Source of the DNA: Candidatus Gottesmanbacteria bacterium
GTDB taxonomy: Bacteria > Patescibacteriota > Microgenomatia > UBA10105 > UBA927
Direction of reading: 5' to 3'
Assembly (NCBI GenBank): GCA_030679255.1
Contig: JAUXTO010000042.1
Span: forward strand, 44,714 to 108,713
DNA length: 64,000 nucleotides
A program made the position numbers and the translations under genes. Every line of letters starts with the position of its first letter. Position 1 is the stretch's first letter. This document shows, piece after piece, positions 40,484 to 50,707 of this stretch. The notes below the pieces were generated by a model. It did not search any database, was not told the DNA's origin, and saw only the letters and a list, made by a program, of their open reading frames with translations.

Positions 40484-41902
40484 ATGAATGCAAAAATTCC
40501 TGATCATGTATTCCGAGGATATGATTTGCGCGGACTCGTGGGAAGCGAGCTTAATGAGGAAACGGTTGCGCTATTGGGTAAAGGCTACGCGACGTGGCTT
40601 CTGGAGCGGCGTATTTATGATTGTGTTTTGGGCTTTGATTGCCGGCTCACCGGTCCAACATTCCGTGATGTGATGGTTCGGGAATTAACGAGCGCGGGTA
40701 TCACAGTATTTGACATCGGCATGACGCTTTCGCAAATAGCCTATTTTGCCGGTTACTTTTTTCGTACGCGCGGGATGGTGATGATAACGGCTTCCCATAA
40801 TCCCAAGGAATATAACGGATTTAAATTTGGAACTGGGTATTCAGAGACCATGTTGACGGATGAGGTCATTGCTCTGCGGGATCTTGTCAAATCCGGGAAA
40901 TTTAAGACGCGGCTACCAGTCGGTAAACACATTCGACAGGATATTAAAAAAGAGTATAGTGACGATCTCATGCGGCGCGTAGACACAATTGGAAAATTTA
41001 AAGTCGTCGTCGATTCCTGTGCCGCAACGACAGGTATTTTTCTTCCCGATATATTGCGCCGTGTCGGATGCGAGGTCATCGAGCAAAACACGACTCCGGA
41101 TGGTAATTTTCCGGTAGGCACTCCGGATCCGACCGAGCGAGACGTGCAGGAGCGCCTTGCCAAACGAGTGAAAATAGAGAAAGCGGATCTGGGGTTTTCG
41201 TATGATTGTGATGGAGACCGGATCGGTGTCGTAGACGGGCAAGGAAATCTTATTTGGAATGACACATTAGTTTCTCTTTTTGCCAAGGACATTCTTACTT
41301 CATTGCCGGGCGCTAAAATCGTATACAACGCGCTTTGCTCCAAGCAAGTTGATGATGTGGTTCGCGGAGCCGGTGGTAAACCCGTCATGTGGCTCACCGG
41401 TCATTCCTTTATAAAAGCCAAAGTCCGTGAAGAACACGCGCCGTTTGGTGGCGAGCTTTCCGGACATATGTATTTCGTTGATAATTTTTACGGGCATGAC
41501 GATGGGGCAATAGCTTCCCTTCGACTCCTCGCGTACCTTACACGAATCGGTAAATCTCTTAAAGAAGCGATCAGTGATCTTCCCAAATACATTTCGAGCC
41601 CGGAAATCAAATTAGGCTGCCCGGACGCAGTAAAATTTGATCTCGTGAACCAAAAAATTGGCGGGGAAATCAAGAAACTTTACCCTGATGCACGTTATAC
41701 GGAGATCGATGGCGTTCGCATGGATACGATGGATGAAATGCTTATCGTACGCGCTTCGCAAAACGGTCCGTATCTGACCGTCAAATTCGAGGCAAAGGTG
41801 CAAGCGCAATATGATCTATTACGTCAACAGGTTAGCGAAATTTTGCATCGCTACCGTGAAGTAGATTTTACCAAAGGCGTCAATACAGATTCTCTACAAT
41901 GA
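40484..41902 (+). CDS. phosphomannomutase/phosphoglucomutase family protein
   Basis: TASHNPKEYNGFKF active-site Ser loop. Confidence 0.85.
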   Translation: MNAKIPDHVFRGYDLRGLVGSELNEETVALLGKGYATWLLERRIYDCVLGFDCRLTGPTFRDVMVRELTSAGITVFDIGMTLSQIAYFAGYFFRTRGMVMITASHNPKEYNGFKFGTGYSETMLTDEVIALRDLVKSGKFKTRLPVGKHIRQDIKKEYSDDLMRRVDTIGKFKVVVDSCAATTGIFLPDILRRVGCEVIEQNTTPDGNFPVGTPDPTERDVQERLAKRVKIEKADLGFSYDCDGDRIGVVDGQGNLIWNDTLVSLFAKDILTSLPGAKIVYNALCSKQVDDVVRGAGGKPVMWLTGHSFIKAKVREEHAPFGGELSGHMYFVDNFYGHDDGAIASLRLLAYLTRIGKSLKEAISDLPKYISSPEIKLGCPDAVKFDLVNQKIGGEIKKLYPDARYTEIDGVRMDTMDEMLIVRASQNGPYLTVKFEAKVQAQYDLLRQQVSEILHRYREVDFTKGVNTDSLQ

Positions 41903-42714
41903 GCGCTACATATTATCAACAACTGCAAAAAGATGCGGAGTTTATAGTCCAGCGCGCCGCCATATTGCTTCGACGCTACCAACAGAAGGCAACCATTGTC
42001 GTACAAAAAGACATCGGAGATTTTGCGACGACTGCTGATCTGGCATCAGAATCGCTTATCAGAGCATATATTCATAAAAGATATCCTACCCATAGCATCT
42101 ATGGTGAAGAGGGAGGACTCGAGGATAATCAGTCAGAATACGAGTGGATTATCGATCCATTGGACGGCACCAAGGAATATGCCCGCGGTGTCAAAGAATA
42201 TAACTGTTTGATTGCGGTGGAACATGATAAAAAACTCGTTGTTGGGGTCATCCGGCGAGCTGGATTAGATGAGCTGTATAGTGCAGTGGTCCGGCAGGGC
42301 GCAAAAAAAGATGGGAAAACAATCGGGGTTTCGAAGATAAGAGATTTACCGATATCCCACGTTGGGTACCATCTACCGGTCGGGATGCCACGATTTGAGC
42401 GAGCACGAACCGAGAAACATTTTTCTTTGTTAAAGGAATTGACATTTATGTGCTACCGGCTCCGTCCGAGTTGGGATGATGCGAAGTCACTCGGATATGT
42501 CGCAAGTGGTGTCATCGAGGCTCATATTATCCCCGCCGAACTTCCCAATGCGTGGCATGATCTTGCCGCAGGATTGCTTCTCGTGCAGGAAGCAGGCGGC
42601 CGCGTCACCCACCTGGATGGGAGTGAACTCAAAACTCATGACATGAGTAGAGGCTTTTTGGCAAGTAATGGTTTGGTTCATGATAAACTTATACAGTTAA
42701 TAGGAAAGGACTAA
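41899..42714 (+). CDS. inositol monophosphatase/FBPase-family phosphatase
   Basis: WIIDPLDGTKEY metal-binding motif. Confidence 0.8.
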   Translation: MSATYYQQLQKDAEFIVQRAAILLRRYQQKATIVVQKDIGDFATTADLASESLIRAYIHKRYPTHSIYGEEGGLEDNQSEYEWIIDPLDGTKEYARGVKEYNCLIAVEHDKKLVVGVIRRAGLDELYSAVVRQGAKKDGKTIGVSKIRDLPISHVGYHLPVGMPRFERARTEKHFSLLKELTFMCYRLRPSWDDAKSLGYVASGVIEAHIIPAELPNAWHDLAAGLLLVQEAGGRVTHLDGSELKTHDMSRGFLASNGLVHDKLIQLIGKD

Positions 42715-42716
42715 GT

Positions 42717-43160
42717 ATGGCAGGAGGATTTGATCCGAAAAAATTTTCTATAACACCGTTTCAAAAACGGGTGGAGAAGCCGTGGGGGTATGAAATTATT
42801 TATACACCGGATGATGCGCCCGCGACGGGCAAAATTCTCCATGTGAACGCCGGAAAGCGGCTGAGTCTCCAATATCATGATGTGAAACGGGAGACCTTAT
42901 GCCTCATCAATGGAGAGGGGAACATCACGCTCAGCAATGACCACGATGAAACGGTAGAGATTCCCATGGAACTTTACAAGGGATATCATGTCACCCCAGG
43001 ACAAGTACATCGCGTCACGGCGGTCACGGATATGGATTTTATCGAAGCATCAACACCGGAATTGGGTAACACTTTCCGGCTTCAGGATGATAATAACAGA
43101 CCGACGGAGACAGAAGCATTACGGAAAGAAGATAATCGTGGATGGAAAAATGGAACATAG
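42717..43160 (+). CDS. cupin-domain protein (mannose-6-phosphate isomerase-like)
   Basis: 147-aa cupin; LHVNAGKRLSLQYH... Confidence 0.5.
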   Translation: MAGGFDPKKFSITPFQKRVEKPWGYEIIYTPDDAPATGKILHVNAGKRLSLQYHDVKRETLCLINGEGNITLSNDHDETVEIPMELYKGYHVTPGQVHRVTAVTDMDFIEASTPELGNTFRLQDDNNRPTETEALRKEDNRGWKNGT

Positions 43161-43184
43161 TTAATTTTTTAAAGGAGGATCGTT

Positions 43185-43790
43185 ATGAACGTTGATTTTA
43201 CATTTGTCCCTAAGCATTATGCGGCAAGGACGCATGAAAAAATGCAGGAAGTGCTCATGGATCCGGCGGGCCGCGGTCCGGCGATCCATTACTACATGAT
43301 CCGCGGAGGCGTGGCCCAAAAGAATATCACTGTTTGGGAACCGGGCACTGTAAGCGGAGAATATATCAAAACGTACGGTCACTACCACGTAGGGAAGCTC
43401 GATGAAACGTATTGGGTGCTTTTTGGCGAAGGAGTAGCGCTTCTCCAAAAGCTTGCGCTGGATGCTCAAGGCGCTATGATACCGGAAGTCGTCGAGGAAT
43501 TTAAGGCGATCCGGGTAAAAGCAGGTGATAGCGTGTATATGCCGGAAGGATATGGGCATCTCGTCGCTAATGTAGGTCCGACGTATTTTGTGACGGCCGA
43601 TGATAGTCCGGTCAATTTTGACGAAGCGAATGCAGTAAGCATGCCCGGACACGCGGATTACGAACCCGTCAAAAAGATGCAGGGTTTTGCGTACTATGTG
43701 GTCGAGTACGAAGGTAAACCGGCACTCAAGAAGAATCCAAAATATAACGAGGTAAAAAAAGAGGACTACGGCGGTCTGCTACTCGTTTAG
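43185..43790 (+). CDS. cupin-type glucose-6-phosphate isomerase (archaeal cPGI-like)
   Basis: 201 aa; TYGHYHV...E motif reminiscent of cupin PGI T(x)GHxH. Confidence 0.55.
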   Translation: MNVDFTFVPKHYAARTHEKMQEVLMDPAGRGPAIHYYMIRGGVAQKNITVWEPGTVSGEYIKTYGHYHVGKLDETYWVLFGEGVALLQKLALDAQGAMIPEVVEEFKAIRVKAGDSVYMPEGYGHLVANVGPTYFVTADDSPVNFDEANAVSMPGHADYEPVKKMQGFAYYVVEYEGKPALKKNPKYNEVKKEDYGGLLLV

Positions 43791-43843
43791 TTCTGAAAAC
43801 TGACCCCTTGAATTTTCTGCTCCATCCGCTAGAGTAAACGCAT

Positions 43844-44113
43844 ATGCTTACGAAAAAAGACATCACGTTACTTATAGTGACGATGAAGGAAGTCTTTGCA
43901 ACGAAAGATGACCTTAAAGCTCTAGAAAGTCGCATGAACGATCGTTTCGCAACCAAGAACGACATGCTTGAGTTTAAGGATGCTATTTTACACGAAATAG
44001 TTAAGATGCGCGATGAAGTCGCCATCGTTGGCGGCCAACGCGATATGCTTGAGGATCATGAACTGCGAATAGAAACGGTCGAAAAACATCTTCACATTCA
44101 ACCCGGCGTGTAG
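43844..44113 (+). CDS. hypothetical coiled-coil protein
   Basis: 89-aa ORF. Confidence 0.3.
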   Translation: MLTKKDITLLIVTMKEVFATKDDLKALESRMNDRFATKNDMLEFKDAILHEIVKMRDEVAIVGGQRDMLEDHELRIETVEKHLHIQPGV

Positions 44114-44158
44114 GTGTTGCCAGTTGATAAATCTTCAAATATTCTCCATACTAAATAT

Positions 44159-46453
44159 ATGCTACCCAAATTTGTTGTTTGGTTTAACGAAGTAGACAAG
44201 GAAGATATTCCTCTTGTGGGCGGCAAGGGGGCAAATTTAGGCGAGATGACCAAGGCGGGGTTTCCGGTGCCGGGAGGATTCATTGTCACCTCTGCGGCAT
44301 ATAAACATTTTCTCGACGTGACCCATTTGCGGTCGAAAATCGAATCAGCACTGCATAATTTGGATGTCAGTGACAGCAAAAGACTCGACATGGTGTCTCA
44401 AGCTGTCCGCGAGCTTATCACCGGCTCCGAATTTCCCCGCGAAATTGCCAATGAAGTGATTACTGCCTATTTCAAGCTCGATGAAGGATTAGTCAAGCAC
44501 GCTATGGTTGCCGTACGGTCATCGGCAACCGCTGAGGATCTACCCGGCGCATCATTTGCCGGTCAACAGGAAACGTTTCTCAATGTGTATGGGGAGGCCA
44601 ATCTCATTGAAAAGATTAAAGAAGCCTGGGCATCGCTCTTTACTTCCCGTGCTATTTTTTACCGGGCGACAAATAAATTTGATCACTTCAGAGTCGCGAT
44701 AGCTATCCCCGTACAACGCATGATTGAATCGGCCGCCTCCGGCATCATGTTTACGATTGATCCAGTGACGAATGATAAGAGCGTCATTGTCATTGAAGCG
44801 ATCCATGGATTGGGTGAAATGATCGTGCAAGGAGCCGTCACCCCGGACCACTACGAAGTGGATAAGGCTACGTTTGCGATCAAAATGAAAACCGTCAAAA
44901 CACAGGAAAAAAAGATGGTGAAGAAGGGAAATGGGAATGAAATTAAAATTATCAGTAAAAAAGATGGTTCGAAACAAAAAATTAGCGATGCGCACATTGT
45001 CGCTCTTGCCAAAATTGCCAAAAAGCTTGAAGAGCATTATTTCTTTCCGCAGGACAGTGAATGGGCGATCGAAAAGGACAAGATTTACATCGTGCAAACC
45101 CGTCCGGTGACGACGACGGGGAAACAGTCGTCAGTCGTCAGTCGTCAGTCTTCAGACAGTCTGATAGCTGATAGCAGAAAGCTGACAGCTTTATTAAAAG
45201 GAGACCCTGCGAGCCCCGGTATGGCCAGCGGTCCGGTGAAAATACTTTCTTCTCCCAAAGAGATCCATAAAGTGATGGCGGGAGATGTGTTGGTTGCTGA
45301 GATGACCAATCCGGATTATGTCCCCGCTATGCGTAAAGCAGTTGCTATCCTCACTGAACGCGGAGGAAGGACTTCCCACGCGGCGATCGTATCGCGGGAA
45401 CTGGGAATTCCGGCCGTCGTCGGCGCGAAAGGAGCAAAAAAGCTCCTGAAAGACGGTATGATCATCACGGTCAATGGAAGTACGGGAGAGGTTTACCGCG
45501 GAGCGGTACGATCAAATACTACAAATACTACCAATACTACCAACGAAAAAAATTCGAAAATTAAAACGGCGACGAAGGTATATGTCAATCTCGCCGAACC
45601 CAGTCGCGCCAAAGAAGTCTCAAAATTACATGTGGATGGGGTTGGGCTACTTCGGGCTGAATTTATGATGGCGGGTATCGGGACACACCCCAAAAAGTTT
45701 ATTGAAGACAAAAAACAAGCGCTGTTTGTATCCCAGTTGTCCGAGGGTATGGGGACTATTTGTGAAGCGTTTTCCCCCAGGCCGGTCATCTACCGGGCGT
45801 CGGACTTTCGGACCAATGAATTCCGTAATCTCAAAGGCGGCAAAGCATATGAACCCGCTGAGGATAATCCGATGTTGGGATTCCGCGGGGCAGCCCGCTA
45901 TATCGCTGACCCAAGGGTTTTTGAACTTGAACTGGAGGCCATCAAGGTTGTGCGGAACAAAAGAGGCTTCAAAAATTTACATCTCATGATTCCGTTTGTC
46001 CGGTCTCCCAAAGAAATGCTCGAGGTCAAGCAAATTGTGGCAGGGAATGGTCTTATCCGCTCATCGAACTTTAAATTGTGGATGATGGTCGAAATTCCGA
46101 CCAACGTTATCCTCATCGAGGATTATCTGGACATCGGACTCGATGGAATATCCTTTGGATCGAATGATTTGACCATGCTTATTTTGGGGACGGACCGGGA
46201 TAATAGCGAAGTTGCCCATGACTTCCGGGAAACGGATCCGGCTGTCATGTGGGCATTTGAACGCGTCATAAAGGCTTGTGTCAAACGGGGCGTGACGACT
46301 TCTATGTGCGGACAGGCGCCGTCCGATTATCCGGATCTTGTGGAAAAGCTTGTTGAGTGGGGAGCGACCAGTGTCTCGGTGAATATCGATAGCGTTGATA
46401 ATGTCCGCCGGACGATTGCAGAAGCGGAAAAGAAGAGAGTCAATAAAGTCTGA
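44159..46453 (+). CDS. ppsA: phosphoenolpyruvate synthase (pyruvate, water dikinase); start trimmed to MLPKFVVWF
   Basis: LVGGKGANLGEM ATP-grasp, GGRTSHAAIVSRELGIPAVVG phospho-His domain, PEP-utilising C-terminal domain. Confidence 0.85.
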   Translation: MLPKFVVWFNEVDKEDIPLVGGKGANLGEMTKAGFPVPGGFIVTSAAYKHFLDVTHLRSKIESALHNLDVSDSKRLDMVSQAVRELITGSEFPREIANEVITAYFKLDEGLVKHAMVAVRSSATAEDLPGASFAGQQETFLNVYGEANLIEKIKEAWASLFTSRAIFYRATNKFDHFRVAIAIPVQRMIESAASGIMFTIDPVTNDKSVIVIEAIHGLGEMIVQGAVTPDHYEVDKATFAIKMKTVKTQEKKMVKKGNGNEIKIISKKDGSKQKISDAHIVALAKIAKKLEEHYFFPQDSEWAIEKDKIYIVQTRPVTTTGKQSSVVSRQSSDSLIADSRKLTALLKGDPASPGMASGPVKILSSPKEIHKVMAGDVLVAEMTNPDYVPAMRKAVAILTERGGRTSHAAIVSRELGIPAVVGAKGAKKLLKDGMIITVNGSTGEVYRGAVRSNTTNTTNTTNEKNSKIKTATKVYVNLAEPSRAKEVSKLHVDGVGLLRAEFMMAGIGTHPKKFIEDKKQALFVSQLSEGMGTICEAFSPRPVIYRASDFRTNEFRNLKGGKAYEPAEDNPMLGFRGAARYIADPRVFELELEAIKVVRNKRGFKNLHLMIPFVRSPKEMLEVKQIVAGNGLIRSSNFKLWMMVEIPTNVILIEDYLDIGLDGISFGSNDLTMLILGTDRDNSEVAHDFRETDPAVMWAFERVIKACVKRGVTTSMCGQAPSDYPDLVEKLVEWGATSVSVNIDSVDNVRRTIAEAEKKRVNKV
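45125..45185. repeat. coding tandem repeat (CAGTCGT)x3+ within ppsA linker
   Basis: cagtcgtcagtcgtcagtcgtcagtc...ctgatagctgatagc encoding SSVVSRQSSDSLIADS. Confidence 0.6.
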
Positions 46454-46522
46454 AAGTCTATAAAGTCTATAAAGTCTATAAAGTCTAATGTTCTTTTTCG
46501 ACTTTCGACTTTCGACTTTAGG
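46446..46522. repeat. tandem repeats (AAAGTCTAT)x4 followed by complementary (CGACTTT)x3 immediately after ppsA stop; can fold as long hairpin (terminator-like)
   Basis: aaagtctataaagtctataaagtctataaagtcta...cgactttcgactttcgacttt. Confidence 0.6.
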
Positions 46523-46532
46523 GACTTATTGT

Positions 46533-47804
46533 ATGTCTACCAAAATTTACACCATCATTGCGCGGGAAATTCTTGATTCCCGTGGTAATCCGACGATAGA
46601 AACTATGGTAATCCTCGAAAGCGGATACCGTGGCGTTGCGGCGGTTCCTGCCGGGACATCACTCGGAAAATATGAAGCGAAGGAGCTGCGCGACGGCGAT
46701 GGCGCACGCTATTATGGCATGGGTGTATTAAAGGCGGTCAATGCGGTCAACACGACGATCGTATCGAAGCTGCGTGGTATGGACGCTCTCGACCAAGCGG
46801 GGATTGACCAGGCGATGATTGTCCTGGACGGTACGGAAGATAAATCTAAACTTGGGGCCAATAGCATCCTCAGTGTCTCGCTGGGTGTCGCTGCTAGTGC
46901 GGCCGCCGCGTCGCGCATCCCTCTCTACCGGTACCTGAATACACTCTTTACTCCGCTTGTGCCGACGACCCTTGCAAAAATTCCCACGCCGACGGTCAAT
47001 GTCATAAACGGCGGCAAGCACGGCGCCGGTAATTTAGATTTTCAGGAATTTCAGGTGATACCGGCGAGTAATCGTAGTTTCACGGATGCGCTCCGGCTTG
47101 CCGTGGAAGTCTACCAAAAACTCAAAGGGATACTCCAATACCGTAATGCCTCGACTGCTGTGGGATATGAAGGCGGGTTTGCGCCAAATCTCTATACCAA
47201 TATCGATGCGATGCAGCTTCTTCAGGAAGCGGTGCGCGCCACACCATACCGGTTTGGTGTCGACGTTTTTTTTGGGCTCGATGTAGCGTCCAGTCATTTT
47301 AAAACAGCCCGTGGGTACCAGATAAAAGATAAGGAGACTCCGATGAGTCCCAAGGATTTTGTTACTTATCTGGCAGATCTCCATAAAAATTACCGCCTGC
47401 TTATTCTTGAAGACGCGCTTGATGAAGATGATTGGGAGGGCTGGATGGAACTCACCGCCCGGTTTGGTGCTGAGGTGATGATCGTCGGAGATGATTTGCT
47501 TGCGACGAACCCCAAACGGCTCGAGAAGGCGATTGCCCAAAAAGCATGTACCACGATACTCCTCAAACCCAATCAAATCGGCACACTCACCGAATTTTTC
47601 CGTGTGGTCGCTATGGCCAAAAAAAATCATATTCAAACCATTGTTTCCCATAGGAGCGGTGAGACCAATGATGCGTTTATTGCCGATCTCGGCGTTGCCG
47701 TACAGGCCGACTATGTCAAATTCGGCGGCCCCACTCGTGGAGAGAGAGTAGCCAAATATAACCGTTTGTTGCAGATAGAAGCAGAGCTATTTTCACAAAA
47801 ATAA
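46533..47804 (+). CDS. eno: enolase; start trimmed to MSTKIYTII
   Basis: IIAREILDSRGNPTIE N-terminus and enolase C-terminal motifs. Confidence 0.9.
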   Translation: MSTKIYTIIAREILDSRGNPTIETMVILESGYRGVAAVPAGTSLGKYEAKELRDGDGARYYGMGVLKAVNAVNTTIVSKLRGMDALDQAGIDQAMIVLDGTEDKSKLGANSILSVSLGVAASAAAASRIPLYRYLNTLFTPLVPTTLAKIPTPTVNVINGGKHGAGNLDFQEFQVIPASNRSFTDALRLAVEVYQKLKGILQYRNASTAVGYEGGFAPNLYTNIDAMQLLQEAVRATPYRFGVDVFFGLDVASSHFKTARGYQIKDKETPMSPKDFVTYLADLHKNYRLLILEDALDEDDWEGWMELTARFGAEVMIVGDDLLATNPKRLEKAIAQKACTTILLKPNQIGTLTEFFRVVAMAKKNHIQTIVSHRSGETNDAFIADLGVAVQADYVKFGGPTRGERVAKYNRLLQIEAELFSQK

Positions 47805-47817
47805 GCACATGTGTGTA

Positions 47818-47945
47818 TAAATTCCAAGCATCAAGCGCCAAGCACCAAACAAACGAATACAAGCACCAATATACAAACGTTTAGAATTTGGAATTTTGAT
47901 ATTGGAATTTGTTTGGTAATTGGAATTTGGTACTTGATGCTTTTT
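47818..47945. repeat. dispersed imperfect-palindromic intergenic repeat, copy C
   Basis: AAATTCCAAGCATCAAGCGCCAAGCACCAAACAAACGAA... / ...TTTGTTTGGTAATTGGAATTTGGTACTTGATGCTT arms. Confidence 0.5.
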
Positions 47946-47947
47946 TT

Positions 47948-49588
47948 ATGGTCAAACCAGTTGTCCTCATTGTTTTAGATGGTTGGGGTCTCGCGCCCCC
48001 CGGGCCCGGGAACGCCATTAGTCTCGCGCATCTTTCGGCGATGCCCTTTCTTTGGCACACCTACCCCCATACACAACTTGCCGCATCCGGCGAAGCAGTC
48101 GGCCTACCGTACGGCGAAGATGGGAATACAGAAACCGGACACATCAATATCGGAGCCGGACGCACCGTTTATCAGGATCTTCCGCGTATTTCTATGGCGG
48201 TCAAAGACGGAAGTTTTTTCACCAATGATGCACTCCTTGCCGCCGTATCCCACGCGCGGACTAATCACTCTGCTATTCATCTTATGGGAGTGGTGTCTGA
48301 CGGCGGGGTCCATGCAAGCCGCGAGCATGTGTATGCAATTCTCGAGCTCATTAAGAAGCAGCAGTGCGAGAGTCCCGTCTATATCCATGTATTTACGGAT
48401 GGCAGGGACGCTTCTCCTACATCAGGCGAGCGGTTTGTCGGTGAATTAGAAGACCGGATACATGCCCTTGGGGTGGGTCAGATTGCGACCATCATCGGCC
48501 GGTATTTTGCGATGGACCGTGACCGTCGGTGGGACCGGACGGAGCGGGCGTATCGAGCGCTTACCGAAATAGACGGAGGAACGATTGCCGTGTCGGCAAC
48601 CATTGCAATCCGGGATTCCTATGCGCGTCATGTGACCGATGAATTTATCGAGCCGGTCATTATCGCAGATACGTCCGGCAATCCATTACCGAGAATTCAG
48701 GATAATGATGCGGTGATTTGTTTTAATTTCCGTATTGACCGGCCGCGCCAATTGACGCGCGCACTCGTGCTTCCGAACTTTGAGACGGTAGAGCCCTCGA
48801 CCGCGTTTGATCCTTATGCGGTCAAATATTATCACCGCCATGTGGTCCTTCAAGATGACCGTGCTCATCCGTTTACCCGGTCTGTCGTCCGGAAAAACCT
48901 GTTCGTGGTCACCATGACTCAATACGAACCAAATCTTCCTGTGAGTGTCGCATTTCCGCCTCAAAAGGTATTTGCCCCACTGGGAAGTGTATTTGCTGAC
49001 CATAAAATTCGACAGCTGCGCGTCTCAGAAACGGAAAAGGAGCGCTTTGTCACCTACTATTTTAATGGTATGCGTGAAGTCGCCTACGAGAGGGAGGACC
49101 GGCTTATCATTCCATCAGTGAACGTCCCCACGTATGATTTGAAGCCGGAGATGGCAGCTCTCGAGCTCACCGAACACGTGTTACACCGTATCGTCATTGG
49201 GGTATATGGATTTATCCTCATTAATTTTGCAAATCCTGATATGGTTGCCCATACCGGAAATATCGCGGCTTCGGTCAAGGCATGCGAAGTAACCGATTCC
49301 TGTCTGGGATCTATCGTCAAGGCAGTTATGGCTCAAGACGGCACTTGCGTCATCACCGCGGATCATGGTAACGTGGAAGAGATGCTTGGGGTCGGTGGAG
49401 AAATGGACACCGAGCATTCGACGTTTTCCGTTCCTTTCATTATGGTACATTCCTCGTTACAGGGGTATCCACAAGTGCTTTCTACTGGCAAATTGGGAGA
49501 TATAGCTCCCACCATCCTCTCTCACATGCATCTCCCTATTCCTCCGGAAATGACCGGTAAAAATTTATTACAGGATTTTTCTTTGTAA
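47948..49588 (+). CDS. gpmI: 2,3-bisphosphoglycerate-independent phosphoglycerate mutase; start trimmed to MVKPVV
   Basis: VLIVLDGWG N-terminus, iPGM Mn-binding pattern. Confidence 0.85.
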   Translation: MVKPVVLIVLDGWGLAPPGPGNAISLAHLSAMPFLWHTYPHTQLAASGEAVGLPYGEDGNTETGHINIGAGRTVYQDLPRISMAVKDGSFFTNDALLAAVSHARTNHSAIHLMGVVSDGGVHASREHVYAILELIKKQQCESPVYIHVFTDGRDASPTSGERFVGELEDRIHALGVGQIATIIGRYFAMDRDRRWDRTERAYRALTEIDGGTIAVSATIAIRDSYARHVTDEFIEPVIIADTSGNPLPRIQDNDAVICFNFRIDRPRQLTRALVLPNFETVEPSTAFDPYAVKYYHRHVVLQDDRAHPFTRSVVRKNLFVVTMTQYEPNLPVSVAFPPQKVFAPLGSVFADHKIRQLRVSETEKERFVTYYFNGMREVAYEREDRLIIPSVNVPTYDLKPEMAALELTEHVLHRIVIGVYGFILINFANPDMVAHTGNIAASVKACEVTDSCLGSIVKAVMAQDGTCVITADHGNVEEMLGVGGEMDTEHSTFSVPFIMVHSSLQGYPQVLSTGKLGDIAPTILSHMHLPIPPEMTGKNLLQDFSL

Positions 49589-49600
49589 GAAAGGAACAGT

Positions 49601-50707
49601 ATGAAAACAACTATCTCTGTCATCAAAGCAGATACCGGTTCCGTCGGAGGACATAATAGGCCAAGCAACGCAATGCTTGCCAAAGCACAGGAACAAGTCG
49701 ATATGGCGGTCCAAAAGGGTTTATTGAGCGATGCCCGTATTACCTTTACCGGCGACGATATTGCCCTCCTCATGATTCACGGCAAAGGCGTAGATAATCC
49801 GGATATTCATAAACTCGCCTGGGATACGTTTGTCGCAACGACGGCGATAGCTAAGTCTCAGGGACTTTACGGGGCGGGACAGGATCTCCTCAAAGATGCA
49901 TTTTCCGGCAACGTGCGGGGCATGGGACCGGGGAGCGCGGAAATTGAACTTGAGGAGCGACCAGCTGAACCATTTGTCGTGTTTGCGGCAGACAAATGCG
50001 GTCCCGGTGTTTTTAATTACCCGCTCTTCGAAGCATTTGCCAATCCGTATCACAACGCAGGGCTCCTCCTCGCGCCGGAGATGAAAGATGGATTTACGTT
50101 CACGATCATGGATGTCAATAATGTTGATGCCGATCGGGTGATTACCCTTAAAGTTCCGTCGGATTATTATGATATCTGTACGCTTCTGCGCGATCCTAAT
50201 CATTATGTCATCGAGAGCGTCACGGAAAACGCGAGCGGGTTGCAGGCGGCAGCGTCATCGACAAGCAGACTTCATAATATATCCGGGAAATATGTAGGTA
50301 AGGATGATCCGGTGGCAATCGTGCGGACCCAAAAGACCTTTCCATCGACCGGAGAGATTCTTTCTCCGTGGGCCCTCGCACACTTTACGCTAGGAGATAA
50401 CCGTGGGTCCCATCATGTCGCCGTCATGCCGGTCAAGCAAAATAGTATAATTTCATTTTTTGACGGACCGACGATCGTATCGGCCGCCGGGTACTGTGTC
50501 CATGAGGGGAAACTCACGGAGGCCGTGGATCTTTTTGATCAGCCATTTTGGGATCTGATCCGGACAAAAGCGTCGGAAAAGACCCTATCTATCCGGGCGC
50601 AAGGATTTTACGGACCTGCTATGGCAGGGATGGATGAGCTCGAGTATACCGGAGTCGTCCAAAATCTCAAACGGTTGGGTGAGAAATTTGTCATACGACA
50701 GAAATGA
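49601..50707 (+). CDS. fbp: fructose-1,6-bisphosphate aldolase/phosphatase (archaeal-type class V FBPase)
   Basis: MKTTISVIKADTGSVGGH N-terminus characteristic of FBP aldolase/phosphatase. Confidence 0.75.
   Translation: MKTTISVIKADTGSVGGHNRPSNAMLAKAQEQVDMAVQKGLLSDARITFTGDDIALLMIHGKGVDNPDIHKLAWDTFVATTAIAKSQGLYGAGQDLLKDAFSGNVRGMGPGSAEIELEERPAEPFVVFAADKCGPGVFNYPLFEAFANPYHNAGLLLAPEMKDGFTFTIMDVNNVDADRVITLKVPSDYYDICTLLRDPNHYVIESVTENASGLQAAASSTSRLHNISGKYVGKDDPVAIVRTQKTFPSTGEILSPWALAHFTLGDNRGSHHVAVMPVKQNSIISFFDGPTIVSAAGYCVHEGKLTEAVDLFDQPFWDLIRTKASEKTLSIRAQGFYGPAMAGMDELEYTGVVQNLKRLGEKFVIRQK

Noticed and set aside
34200-47947. Long N-terminal extensions in ORF track (34200, 39670, 44114, 46488, 47909; also 52785-53834 and 61830)
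   Set aside because: Extensions read through intergenic repeats or overlap divergent genes. Conserved protein N-termini begin at downstream ATGs, so coordinates were trimmed.
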